Positions 22,002 through 31,932 of a DNA stretch of 64,000 nucleotides are shown one piece after another. The DNA lies in contig JAXMDR010000005.1 of NCBI GenBank assembly GCA_046348725.1, positions 3,272 to 67,271 on the forward strand, in the 5' to 3' direction. Source of the DNA: Rhodospirillales bacterium. Its GTDB lineage: Bacteria > Pseudomonadota > Alphaproteobacteria > Rhodospirillales > Defluviicoccaceae. A program made the translations under genes and the position numbers. The notes below the pieces were generated by a model that was not told the DNA's origin, made no database searches, and saw nothing but the letters and a program-made list of their open reading frames with translations. Positions within the stretch are counted from its first letter, which is position 1; the number at the start of each line of letters is the position of its first letter.

Positions 22002-23312
22002 TTGCAACGTTTCCGCACATTCGCCGGTGTAGTCGTTTGGTGTTCGGCACTGTCTGCAACGTCTGCAGTTGCAGACATGGGAGTTCCGGCGGAATTCGTT
22101 CCGCAGTATTCGGAGAGCTTCGCTTCCTCTGATGTCATCGGAGAAACCGGGCTGCAGCCGGCCATCGGCGATGCGGCCGGCGGCTTTGACGACACGCAAG
22201 CGCCGGCCGTCGAGGAGACGATAAGAGCTGGCCGCAGCGGACGGATCTCCGCCGACGGTGCCTGGGCAGCCGGCCTCGCCTTTTGGCACGCCGGCAACTA
22301 CAGCGCGGCGGTCAGCTCCTTCGAGACGGCAGCGACGGAAGGGCGGTCGCCGTGGTTCACCGCCGGCGGCGCCTTCTGGGCGGCGCGTGCGCATCTGTTC
22401 GCCCGGCAGCCGGATGAGGTCACCCGCTGGCTGAAGATCGCAGCCGACGCGCCCGAGACATTCTATGGCCTTTTGGCGCGCCGCATCCTCGGCATGCCGA
22501 TGCCGTTCCACTGGGATCTCAACGACGCCGACCAGGCGGCAGTGGCTGCGGTGAACGCCACGTCGGAGGGCCAGAGCGCCGCCGCTCTCATCGCCGCCGG
22601 CGATTACCAGCGGGCGGAGCGGCTGCTGCGCGGCCTTGCCGCCGATGGCCGCGGCGAGCTTGCACATGGTGTGATGATCGTTGCCGAGAGCGCCGGCATG
22701 GCCGATCTCGCCTTCCGCCTCAGCCGGTCGCTGGCCAACCGCGGCGTCGAGTTTGCGCGGGCCGCCTATCCGGTGCCGCGCTGGCGTCCGGAGGGCGGCT
22801 TCAGCACCGATCGCGCGCTGGTCTATGCGCTGATGCGCCAGGAATCGAACTTCAATCCCGGTGCCGTCAGCCGCGCCGGCGCGCGCGGCGTGATGCAGCT
22901 GATGCCGGCGACGGCGCGGTTCATCGCCCGCACCACCGGCTTTCCTGGTGGCGCTGGGCAGTACCGCCGGCCCGAGGTGAGCATCGCGCTCGGCGAACGC
23001 TATCTGGAACTGCTGCTGGCCGATGATTCCGTCGGACCCGACCTGTTCCTGCTGACCGCGGCGTGGAACGGCGGGCCGGCGAACGTCGAGCGCTGGCGGC
23101 GCGATCCGCAGGCATATGACGATCCGCTGCTGTTCATCGAGACCATCCCGTTCGGTGAGACCCGCGGCTTCATCGAGCATGTCCTCGCCAACCTGTGGAT
23201 CTACCGGCATCGGCTCGGGGTGGATTCGCCGTCGCTGGATTCACTGGCAGCCGGCCAGTGGCCGAACTGGGACGTCCCGCAGCAAACAACCGAGATCGCG
23301 GAACATGAATAA
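22002..23312 (+). CDS. Lytic transglycosylase (SLT domain)
   Basis: ALMRQESNF, GARGVMQLMPATA, AAWNGGP, FIETIPFGETR. Confidence 0.9.
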   Translation: MQRFRTFAGVVVWCSALSATSAVADMGVPAEFVPQYSESFASSDVIGETGLQPAIGDAAGGFDDTQAPAVEETIRAGRSGRISADGAWAAGLAFWHAGNYSAAVSSFETAATEGRSPWFTAGGAFWAARAHLFARQPDEVTRWLKIAADAPETFYGLLARRILGMPMPFHWDLNDADQAAVAAVNATSEGQSAAALIAAGDYQRAERLLRGLAADGRGELAHGVMIVAESAGMADLAFRLSRSLANRGVEFARAAYPVPRWRPEGGFSTDRALVYALMRQESNFNPGAVSRAGARGVMQLMPATARFIARTTGFPGGAGQYRRPEVSIALGERYLELLLADDSVGPDLFLLTAAWNGGPANVERWRRDPQAYDDPLLFIETIPFGETRGFIEHVLANLWIYRHRLGVDSPSLDSLAAGQWPNWDVPQQTTEIAEHE

Positions 23313-23835
23313 CATTGCGCAGGATCGGCCGTTCGTGCCGGTAAACATCGCCGTCCTGACCATCTCCGACAGCCGCACCATGGAGACCGATCAGTCGGGC
23401 GACATCCTGGCCGAGCGCATCAAGGCGGCGGGCCACAACCTCGTCGGACGGCAGCTGGTAGCGGACGCGATGGACGCCATCGTCACCGCGCTGCGCGCCT
23501 GGGCGGCGAATCCCGGAATCGATGTGATCATCACCACCGGCGGTACTGGCCTCACCGGCCGCGATGTCACGCCCGAGGCGGTGCGAACGGTCGCCGACAA
23601 GGAGATCACCGGCTTCGGCGAGCTGTTCCGCTGGCTGAGCTATCCGAAGATCGGCACCGCCGCGGTGCAGAGCCGGGCGCTCGCCGTCGTTGCCCACGGC
23701 ACCTACATTTTCGCGCTGCCCGGCTCGCCCAACGCCTGCCGCGACGGCTGGGACGAGATCCTCGTCCACCAGCTGGATATCCGCTACCGGCCCTGCAACT
23801 TCGCCGAGTTGCTGCCGCGGCTCAAGGAGCGCTAG
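23305..23835 (+). CDS. moaB: Molybdenum cofactor biosynthesis protein B
   Basis: IAVLTISDSR, TTGGTGLTGRDVTPEA, LPGSPNAC, RPCNFAEL. Confidence 0.95.
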   Translation: MNNIAQDRPFVPVNIAVLTISDSRTMETDQSGDILAERIKAAGHNLVGRQLVADAMDAIVTALRAWAANPGIDVIITTGGTGLTGRDVTPEAVRTVADKEITGFGELFRWLSYPKIGTAAVQSRALAVVAHGTYIFALPGSPNACRDGWDEILVHQLDIRYRPCNFAELLPRLKER

Positions 23836-24637
23836 GCGCGGGTTCCCGGCTGGCGGACGACGAGGGTCTGCCAGCCGTCCACCTCGAGCCGCCGGCAGGC
23901 CGCAGGCCGACGGCGCGGTGCGCCGCCAGCACGTCGGCGCCGTCCTGGCTCAGCAGGCCGGCGAGGATTACGGTGCCGCCGGGTGCCAGATGCCGGGCGA
24001 GGTCGCCCGCCAGCCGCTTCAGCGGCCGCGCCAGGATATTGCAGAGAACGAGATCGAAGGCCCCGCCGCGGCGATCGCCGGCGACCGGTATCCTGCCGCC
24101 GCAACGGCGCGGACGAGGGGGCCGACGCCGTTGCTGCGGGCATTGGCGGCCGCGACGGCGACGGCGGCGGCATCGATATCCTCGATGCCAGCACCGGCGT
24201 TCGCCACAGCTTCGCGGCGGCGATGGCGAGGATGCCGGAGCCGCAGCCGAGGTCGAGGATGCGTTGCGGGCGGCTGCCTGCCAGGAGCTGGAGCGCCCGC
24301 AAGCAGCCCTCGGTGGAGCCGTGCCGGCCGAGCCGAACGCGCTCGCCGCTTCGATACGCAGCCCGATGGCGCCGGGTGGAGCGGGGGCCGGATCGTCCGG
24401 CTCGCGGATACGGAAGCGGCCGATGCGGAACGCCGCGAACCGCGCGCGGTTTTCAGCAAGCCAGTCCTTGTCAGGCAGCACCTCGACTGCCAGGACGGGC
24501 ACGGCGACGCCGGCGGCCGCGGCAGCCAGCGCCAGCTTCACCGTAAGGCGGGAAACATCAGGCTCGGCGCTGCTCAGCGCTTCCAACCTGCGGCGGTCCC
24601 GCTCGTCAAGCTGCCAGTGCAGCGAGAGCGCATTCAT
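23832..24637 (-). pseudogene. prmA: Ribosomal protein L11 methyltransferase, frameshifted (possibly assembly error)
   Basis: Motifs split across three frames: DWLAENRARF, IEAASAFGS, ILDLGCGSGILAIAAAKL, DIDAAAVAVAAANARSNGV, FDLVLCNILARPL. Confidence 0.8.
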
Positions 24638-24706
24638 CCGCCAGCGCCGCCTCGACGGCGGCAGCCTGGTCGCGGGTGGCCGCAAGGGTCAGCCGCCACA
24701 TCACCG

Positions 24707-25490
24707 CTAACGGTCGCGATAGACGGGCGGCCGCTTCTCGATGAACGCGGCCATGCCTTCACGCCGGTCCTCGAGGGCGAACGTCAGCTGGAACAGCCGC
24801 CGCTCGTGGGCAAGTCCGGTGCCGGACGCGACTTCCCGTGCGTGTCGCGCCGCCTCCTTCAGCATGCGCACCAGCGGTGCCGAAAACGATGCGATGCGCG
24901 CGGCGACCGCCATCGCCTCTACCTGTAGCCGCTCGGCTGGCACGATGCGCGAGACGAGGCCGCAGCGCTCCGCCTCTTCCGCCGTCATTGTCCGGCCGGT
25001 GGCGCAGCAGGTCGAGCGCCTTGCCTTGCCGAGGGCGTTGACCAGCCGCTGCGTCCCGCCGGCACCCGGCATCGTCCCCACCGTCACCTCCGGATGGCCG
25101 AAGCGGGCGGTATCCGCCGCGACCACCACATCGCACATCTCCACCAGTTCACAGCCGCCTCCCAGGGCCCACCCTTCGACCGCCGCCACGACCGGCTTTC
25201 TCACGAAGGCAGCCGGCGCGAACACCCGGCGAAGTCGTCAAGGAGCGCCTCTGCTGCCGTCATCGGCAGCATTTCCTCAGATCGGCGCCTGCCGCGAAGT
25301 TGCCGCCAGCCCCGCGGAGGACGATCACGCGGACCAGAGGATCGGCATCCAGCCGGTCAAGGACAGCATCGAGCTCGGCGATCAGCGGGCGGCACAGGGC
25401 ATTGTGCGCCTGCGTCCGGTCAAGCGTGACGACGGCGATGCCTCGCTGGTCGAGAGTGGCGGCGACCAGCGGGCGCTCCTCCGCGCTCAC
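24707..25490 (-). pseudogene. Enoyl-CoA hydratase/isomerase, frameshifted near 25200-25270
   Basis: VVTLDRTQAHNAL...FAAGADL in one frame; KPVVAAVEGWALGGGCEL, FGHPEV, PGAGGTQRL, EGMAAFIEKR in another. Confidence 0.85.
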
Positions 25491-27772
25491 GTCGCCTCGA
25501 CGAAGCTGTGGATGACGGTCTTGGCGCCGCCCTTCTCGAAGTCGATCTCCAGCCGGTCGCCGTCGACGCTGCGCACCCGGCCGTAGCCGAACTTCTGGTG
25601 GAACACCCGCTGTCCCTCGGCAAACGGATGCGCCGGCTCCGGCCTCGCCGCGATCCGCTCGGCCCGGCCGGTGATGATAGGCGGCGCCGGCCGACGGGTG
25701 GGCCAGCGCGGCTGCGCCACCGCCTCGCTGGCGGCGAGCCGCACCGGCTCGGCCTGCGGCCATGCACCCTCGGTGACGGAGGTGCGCAGCGGGCTGGCGC
25801 CGAACAGCCCGGTCGGCGCGGTGTGCTCGACGCTGGCTGCCGGCAGTTCCTTGACGAAGCGCGACGGCAGCGTGTTCTGCCAGGTGCCGAACACCATGCG
25901 GCTGGCGGCGTAGCTGACGATGGCGCGGTTGCGGGCGCGCGTTAAGCCGACGTAGGCCAGCCGCCGCTCCTCCTCCAGGGCGGCGGCGCCGCTCTCGTCG
26001 AGGGCGCGCTGGTTGGGAAAGATCCCCTCTTCCCAGCCGGGCAGGAAGACGGTGTCGAACTCCAGGCCCTTGGCGGCGTGCAGGGTCATCAGCGCCACCT
26101 TTTCGTCGCCGGCGGCCTCGTCGTTGTCCATCACCAGGCTGACGTGCTCGAGGAAGCCCGGCAGATTCTCGAACTCGGCCAGCGCCACCACCAGTTCCTT
26201 CAGGTTCTCCAGGCGTCCTGCCGCCTCCGGGCTGCGGTCGGCCTGCCACATGCCGGTATACCCCGATTCGTCGAGGATCAGGCGGGCGACCGCCGGATGC
26301 GGCAGCCGGGTCAGCATCTCCCGCCAGCGGCCGATATCGGCGAGCAGCCGGCCGATGACGCCGCGTGCCTGCGGCTTGAGCTCGTCGCTGGCGACGAGGC
26401 GACTGGCGGCGGCGGCCAGCGGCAGGCCGTCGCGCCGTGCCAGCAGGTGGACGCTGCGCAGGCTCGCCGGCCCCAGCCCACGTTTGGGCGTATTGACGAT
26501 GCGCTCGAAGGCGAGGTCGTCGTCTGGCCGGACGACGATGCGGAAGTAGGCGATGGCGTCGCGGATTTCCTGCCGCTCGTAGAAGCGGGCGCCGCCGACG
26601 ACGCGGTAGGGAATGCCGACGGTGATCAGCCGTTCTTCGAACTCGCGGGTCTGGAAGCCGGCGCGCACCAGCACCGCCATCTGCCGCAGCGGATGGCCCT
26701 TCGCTTGCTGCGCCTCGATCTCGCCGACGACGACGCGCGCCTCGTCCTCGCCGTCCCAGGTGGCGCGCACGCAGACTTTGTCGCCGCCGTCGGCGGGCGT
26801 CCACAGCGTCTTGCCGAGGCGCCCGCGGTTGTGGGCGATCAGCCCGGAGGCGGCCGCCAGGATGTGCGAGGTCGAGCGGTAGTTGCACTCCAGCCGGATG
26901 ACCTTGGCGCCGGGGAAATCGCGCTCGAAGCGCAGGATGTTGCCGACCTCGGCGCCGCGCCAGGAATAGATCGACTGGTCGTCGTCGCCGACGCAGCAGA
27001 GGTTGTGGTGGCCCTGCGCCAGCGCCCGCAGCCACAGGTACTGGGCGACGTTGGTGTCCTGATACTCGTCGACCAGGACGTAGCGGAACTGCTGCTGGTA
27101 GGAGCGGGCAACCTCGCCGTAGTCGCGGAACAGGGTGAGGACGTGCAGCAGAAGGTCGCCGAAGTCGCAGGCGGCGAGGGTGCGGAGCCGCTCCTGGTAG
27201 TCGTGGTAGAGGGGCAGCGCCAACCCATCGACGGCATCGGCACCCTCGGCGGCGGTGACGCGGTCGGGGGTGAGCCCGCGATCCTTCCAGCGCTGGATGA
27301 CGCTGGCGAACAGCCGTGGCGGCAGCTTCTTGACATCGATCCGGCGGGCCTCGGCCAGCTGCTTGATCAGCCGCAGCTGGTCGTCGGTATCGAGGATGCC
27401 GAAGCCGGGCTTCAGGCCGATCAGTTCGGCGTGGCTGCGCAGGATGCGCGCGCCGATGGCGTGGAACGTTCCCACCCACCAGCCTTCGACCGAGCGGTCG
27501 AGCAGGGCGCCCACCCGCTCGCGCATCTCGCGCGCCGCCTTGTTGGTGAAGGTGACGGCGAGCACCTGCCACGGCCGCGCCAGCCCGGAGGCGAGGATGT
27601 GCGCCATGCGCGTGGTCAGCACCCGCGTCTTGCCGGTGCCGGCGCCGGCCAGCACCAGCAGCGGCCCCTCGGTCGTGCGCACCGCCTCGGTCTGGCTTTC
27701 GTTCAGCCCTGCCAGATAAGACGGCGCAACCCCGCCGGACGGTGCGCCGAGATCGATCAAGGAGTTCTCCAT
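25487..27772 (-). CDS. uvrD: ATP-dependent DNA helicase UvrD/PcrA
   Basis: LAGAGTGKT, TFTNKAA, VDEYQD, VGDDDQSIY, NYRS, TLHAAKGLEF, EERRLAYV, RVFHQKFGYG. Confidence 0.96.
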   Translation of the reverse strand: MENSLIDLGAPSGGVAPSYLAGLNESQTEAVRTTEGPLLVLAGAGTGKTRVLTTRMAHILASGLARPWQVLAVTFTNKAAREMRERVGALLDRSVEGWWVGTFHAIGARILRSHAELIGLKPGFGILDTDDQLRLIKQLAEARRIDVKKLPPRLFASVIQRWKDRGLTPDRVTAAEGADAVDGLALPLYHDYQERLRTLAACDFGDLLLHVLTLFRDYGEVARSYQQQFRYVLVDEYQDTNVAQYLWLRALAQGHHNLCCVGDDDQSIYSWRGAEVGNILRFERDFPGAKVIRLECNYRSTSHILAAASGLIAHNRGRLGKTLWTPADGGDKVCVRATWDGEDEARVVVGEIEAQQAKGHPLRQMAVLVRAGFQTREFEERLITVGIPYRVVGGARFYERQEIRDAIAYFRIVVRPDDDLAFERIVNTPKRGLGPASLRSVHLLARRDGLPLAAAASRLVASDELKPQARGVIGRLLADIGRWREMLTRLPHPAVARLILDESGYTGMWQADRSPEAAGRLENLKELVVALAEFENLPGFLEHVSLVMDNDEAAGDEKVALMTLHAAKGLEFDTVFLPGWEEGIFPNQRALDESGAAALEEERRLAYVGLTRARNRAIVSYAASRMVFGTWQNTLPSRFVKELPAASVEHTAPTGLFGASPLRTSVTEGAWPQAEPVRLAASEAVAQPRWPTRRPAPPIITGRAERIAARPEPAHPFAEGQRVFHQKFGYGRVRSVDGDRLEIDFEKGGAKTVIHSFVEAT

Positions 27773-27999
27773 GAACCATACATAGCATTATTAGCGGTGA
27801 AGGAGGGGCATATTTATGAACCTGGCTTAACCAAGTCCCCTGCACCGACACCGGCGACAACGCTCCTGACCATCTCCGCAGCCGAAGTTTGACGCACGAT
27901 GTGCGCTTTTTATATTGAATAAAGCGCACTACGCGCGCACTTTAATTGGTCGGTGAAACTGCCAGTCAACATCGCGGTTGGATCGGACCCGGAGTGCGG

Positions 28000-29646
28000 A
28001 TGAACGCCACGATCACTCTCGTCGATATGGCTGGATGGGTGGCGCTGCTGCTGTGGGGGCTGCACATGGTGCAGAGCGGCATCCAGCGGGCGTTCGGTCC
28101 CAGTCTGCGCCGCGCCCTCGGCATGGCGCTCGGCAACCGGATCAAGGCGTTCGTCGCCGGGCTCGGCGTCACCGCCGTCCTGCAGAGCAGCACCGCGACG
28201 GCGCTGATGGCGACGTCGTTCACCGCCGGCGGCCTGGTCGAGATGGTGCCGGCGCTGGCGGTCGTGCTCGGTGCCAATGTCGGTACCACGCTGATCGTCC
28301 AGCTGCTGTCGTTCGACGTCGCGAGGGCAGCGCCGGTGCTGGTGCTGGTGGGCGTGGTGATGTTCCGGCGCAGTGGCTCGACCCGCATCCGCGATCTCGG
28401 CCGTGTCGGCATCGGCCTCGGCCTGATGCTGCTGGCGCTGCACGAGTTGCTGGTGGTGATCGCCCCTTACGAGAGCGCCCCGGCGGTACGGCTGCTGCTC
28501 GGCGCGGTGACGACCGAGCCGCTGATCGCGATGCTGTTCGCGGCGGCGCTCGCCTGGGCGGCGCACTCCAGCGTCGCGATCGTGCTGCTGGCTATGTCTT
28601 TCGTCGCCCAGGGAGTGGTGCCGCTGCCGGCAGGCCTGGCACTGGTGCTGGGCGCCAACCTCGGAACGGCGATCAACCCGCTGCTCGAATCCTCGGGCAC
28701 CGATCCGGCGGCGCGGCGGCTGCCGCTCGGCAATCTTCTCAACCGTCTCGTCTGCTGCGCCGCGGCGTTGGCGGTGCTCGGCGCCATCGCGCCGCTGCTG
28801 AGCCGTCTGGAGGCGGACCCGGCGCGGGCGGTGGCGGACTTTCACACTGCCTTCAATCTGCTCTCTGCAGCACTGTTCCTGCCGGTGCTGGGGCCGTGGT
28901 CGCGCCTGCTGCGGCGGCTGCTGCCGAGCCGGATCAAGCCCGCCGATCCCTCCCGCCCGGTCTATCTCGACGCCAGCGCCCTCGAGACGCCACCGGTGGC
29001 GCTGGCCGGCGCGGCGCGCGAGGCGCTGCGCATGGTTGACGTGCTCGATACGATGCTGGAGGGCGCCCGCGATGCGCTGGTCCGCGGCGACCGGCGGCGG
29101 ATCGGCGAGACCAGGCGTACCGACGACATCCTCGATCGCCTCAACGCGGCGATCACCGCTTACCTCACCCGCTTCGATCCGGATGAGCTGGACAGTGAAG
29201 ACAACCGGCGGCTCACCGCCATCCTCAGCTTCACCACCAACCTCGAGCATGCCGGCGACGTCGTCGAGAAGAACCTGATGGCGCTCGCCGGCAAGCGGCT
29301 GAAGCGCGGCCTCGCCTTCCCCGGCGAGGCGGTAGCCGAAATCTGCAGCATGGTGGAGCGGCTGGAGACCAACCTGCGCACCGCCGCCGCCGTGTTCATG
29401 ACCGGCGACGCGCGGGCGGCGCGGCGGCTGGCGGAGGAAAAGGAGTTCTTCCGCGCGCTCGAAGGCAACGTCACCGAGGCGCACTTCGCGCGGGTGCGGA
29501 ACGGCGGCCCGGAGGGCATCGAGACCGGCGCCATGCACCTCGACGTCATCCGCGAGTTGCGGCGGATCAACGGCCACCTGGTCAACGCCGCCTATCCGAT
29601 CCTGGAAGAGCGCGGCGAGCTGCTGCCCAGCCGGCTGCGGCAGTAG
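28000..29646 (+). CDS. Na/Pi cotransporter family protein with PhoU-like C-terminus
   Basis: LQSSTAT, LGANVGTT, HSSVA, LGANLGT, NLEHAGD. Confidence 0.92.
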   Translation: MNATITLVDMAGWVALLLWGLHMVQSGIQRAFGPSLRRALGMALGNRIKAFVAGLGVTAVLQSSTATALMATSFTAGGLVEMVPALAVVLGANVGTTLIVQLLSFDVARAAPVLVLVGVVMFRRSGSTRIRDLGRVGIGLGLMLLALHELLVVIAPYESAPAVRLLLGAVTTEPLIAMLFAAALAWAAHSSVAIVLLAMSFVAQGVVPLPAGLALVLGANLGTAINPLLESSGTDPAARRLPLGNLLNRLVCCAAALAVLGAIAPLLSRLEADPARAVADFHTAFNLLSAALFLPVLGPWSRLLRRLLPSRIKPADPSRPVYLDASALETPPVALAGAAREALRMVDVLDTMLEGARDALVRGDRRRIGETRRTDDILDRLNAAITAYLTRFDPDELDSEDNRRLTAILSFTTNLEHAGDVVEKNLMALAGKRLKRGLAFPGEAVAEICSMVERLETNLRTAAAVFMTGDARAARRLAEEKEFFRALEGNVTEAHFARVRNGGPEGIETGAMHLDVIRELRRINGHLVNAAYPILEERGELLPSRLRQ

Positions 29647-29704
29647 GCGACGCCGTGCGGACAGGTTCTTGACGCGCCCGTTGCGACCGCGCACCATATT
29701 GCCC

Positions 29705-29884
29705 GCGATGGTTCCCCGCGAGGGGAGCAAGAGGGAACACGGTGCGGCGTACCCATCAGGGGCCAAGACCGTGGCTGCCCCCGCAACTGTAGGCGCAGAG
29801 CCTGAGGCCTACTTAAGCCACTGGGAAACTGGGAAGGCGGGGCCGGTAAGGCGGTGACGCGCGAGCCAGGAGACCTGCCATCGC
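29705..29884 (+). promoter_or_regulatory. Cobalamin (B12) riboswitch
   Basis: Ordered hallmark elements: AAGAGGGAACACGGTG, CTGCCCCCGCAACTGT, GCCACTG, GGGAAGG, and B12 box GAGCCAGGAGACCTGCC; closing stem GCGATGG/CCATCGC. Confidence 0.93.
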
Positions 29885-30133
29885 CTCTCGTCACCCTGTT
29901 CGCGACCGGGTGGGTCGCGGGCGCGGAGCTCCGAAGCGGTGACGTCGTGTGCAACGGCTTGCTGTGGCGGAGACGGGTTACGGATCCTTAGCTCAAGCGC
30001 GATCGGGATGTTGCGGGCCACCGCCGGGCCGCCGGCCGGAGCCCGCCGATCGCTCGTTCCCGGAACTCCTCCTGCAAGCGTGCTGCCGCCGCCGCCGCAA
30101 AAGGGCGCGCGCCGGCGTGAACGGAGGAAAGAC

Positions 30134-30586
30134 ATGAAACGGGAAATCGGCGAGTGCATCTATGATACGGCGGAAGCCGAGGTCATCGCCTCCCATGAAA
30201 CCGGCTCCACCCATATCCATCGGATGACCAGCCTCTATCGCTCCACGGGCGGCCGCTATTTCCTCGTCGAGGAGCAGGAGGTCCATGGCATCGACGGGGC
30301 GCTGCTGACCCCGCTCAGCGATGCGATGGCGCGGGAATGGCTGGAGAAGCACGGCAAGGCGTCGCTGGCGAGCGCCCTGTTCAGCGCTGGCGGCCTGTTC
30401 CTGCGCATCGAGATCGATGCGGATCGGCTCTGCCAGATCGATGCTGCTGCCCAGGCCGCCGGCCTGACCGAGCAGGAATGGGTGCTGGGGGCCATCGGCG
30501 CCGCCCTGACGCGGGTTCACGCCGCCGCTGACATCAGCGCCGACACTCCGGAGCCGGAGCCCAGTCACCCAGGCATGCGAGGCTGA
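30134..30586 (+). CDS. Hypothetical protein (YDT...LYRS.GGRYFL...PLS...AREWLE), possible C-terminal ribbon-helix-helix
   Basis: GGAGG RBS; first gene after the riboswitch; RHH-like tail LRIEIDADRLCQIDAAAQAAGLTEQEWV. Confidence 0.65.
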   Translation: MKREIGECIYDTAEAEVIASHETGSTHIHRMTSLYRSTGGRYFLVEEQEVHGIDGALLTPLSDAMAREWLEKHGKASLASALFSAGGLFLRIEIDADRLCQIDAAAQAAGLTEQEWVLGAIGAALTRVHAAADISADTPEPEPSHPGMRG

Positions 30587-30587
30587 G

Positions 30588-31631
30588 ATGATGGTCCTGC
30601 ACGCCGCTGCAGCCACCGAGACCGCGGTGCTGGCTGCGCTGGTCCACGAGATGCTCATCGACGTCGATGCCGGCTGGAATATCGGCACGTTCGGGGCGCT
30701 GGCGGAGTTCCACCATGTTGCCGGCGATCCACCGCCGCAGGTGATGCTCCTGCCGGAAGGCGGCGAGGTGGTTACCACGCGTGGGGCGATGCGGGTCGAC
30801 TTGCCGGTCGGGGTTCTCGCCATCGCCTACGAGGGTCTGGCCAAGGATCCCCGCTCGTGGAACCACGGCCTGTCGTTCTGCCTGCGCGAAGGCTTTTCCG
30901 GCATGGGCCGGCGCGTCGTGCTGACCGAGCTTGGTCCTGACCGCGACGCGCTGCGGGCGGCCGACCGGCGTGCCACGCTGTTCGATGTTGGTGTCGGCGC
31001 GCCGCACGTGGACTATTGCGTGCGCACCGACGATGCGAAGCTGACCGTCCAGCTGCGGGAGGCGGCCGGCCAGTCGATCGTGGGGCCGGGGCACCCGGCT
31101 ATGGCGACGATCATCGCCCAATCGCCGCACCGGGTGGCCATCTCGCGGCTGGGGCGGGTGGAGGTCTACCAGCCGATCCCATCCGGTCCGGGAGCGCGGG
31201 CGCCGGTCGGCCCGCATACCCACCTGCTGCCGCAGTTGCTGCGGGCCGGGCGAAGCCATTCCGCCAACACGCCCATTCCCGAGGGCTGGGTGCCGTGCCT
31301 CAACCTGCACCCGGCGAGCCCGGTTACCGACACCCTCGGGCATCCCCGGGCGTTTGATGCCGACGCCCATGCCGCCTTCCAGGCGCTGCTGCGCCGCTAT
31401 GCGCCGGCCGCGGTGACCGCTGAGAAAGACAGGATCGTCCGCGCCGTCCGCACCGGCGGCGGGCCGCTGGCCTACCGCGCTGCCGAAACCCGGGCGGAGC
31501 GCAAGGCGGCGCGGGTGGCACTGCGGCAGATGCTGCACACCCACCCCCAAATCCCGCTTCTGGCCGAGTGGCTCGCGCTGTTCAACCGCGGCGCCGAGAG
31601 GCCGGAGGGCGACGGCGATGGCGGCCACTGA
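30588..31631 (+). CDS. Conserved hypothetical protein (WNIGTFGALAEF, GPHTHLLP motifs)
   Basis: 347-aa ORF with host-like codon usage, coupled to both neighbours. Confidence 0.75.
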   Translation: MMVLHAAAATETAVLAALVHEMLIDVDAGWNIGTFGALAEFHHVAGDPPPQVMLLPEGGEVVTTRGAMRVDLPVGVLAIAYEGLAKDPRSWNHGLSFCLREGFSGMGRRVVLTELGPDRDALRAADRRATLFDVGVGAPHVDYCVRTDDAKLTVQLREAAGQSIVGPGHPAMATIIAQSPHRVAISRLGRVEVYQPIPSGPGARAPVGPHTHLLPQLLRAGRSHSANTPIPEGWVPCLNLHPASPVTDTLGHPRAFDADAHAAFQALLRRYAPAAVTAEKDRIVRAVRTGGGPLAYRAAETRAERKAARVALRQMLHTHPQIPLLAEWLALFNRGAERPEGDGDGGH

Positions 31632-31932
31632 CTGCCCGGCATCGCCCGCCGGGGGCGCCGCCGCGGAACCGGTTCTGCCGCTATCCCGTGCCGATCCGAC
31701 CGGGGTGATCCAGCGCGTCCTCGGCGGCTTTCCGGTTGGCTGCAATTGCGGCGAGCAGGTCATCCTCGCCTGGCTGATGACCCTGCCGGATGATATCGAC
31801 CGGGTGCAGGCGGCGCGCAGCCTGCTTGCCGCCCGTCTGCCGGCGTGCTGCACGACGATGGCCTCGCTGGCGCCCGAAGTGCGCGCCATGCTCCGGTTCA
31901 TAACCTCCTGCCGTACTCGCCGGCCGCTCTGA
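31618..31932 (+). CDS. Hypothetical Cys-rich protein
   Basis: Overlaps the upstream stop; DPTGVI...EQVILAWLMTLP. Confidence 0.5.
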   Translation: MAATDCPASPAGGAAAEPVLPLSRADPTGVIQRVLGGFPVGCNCGEQVILAWLMTLPDDIDRVQAARSLLAARLPACCTTMASLAPEVRAMLRFITSCRTRRPL

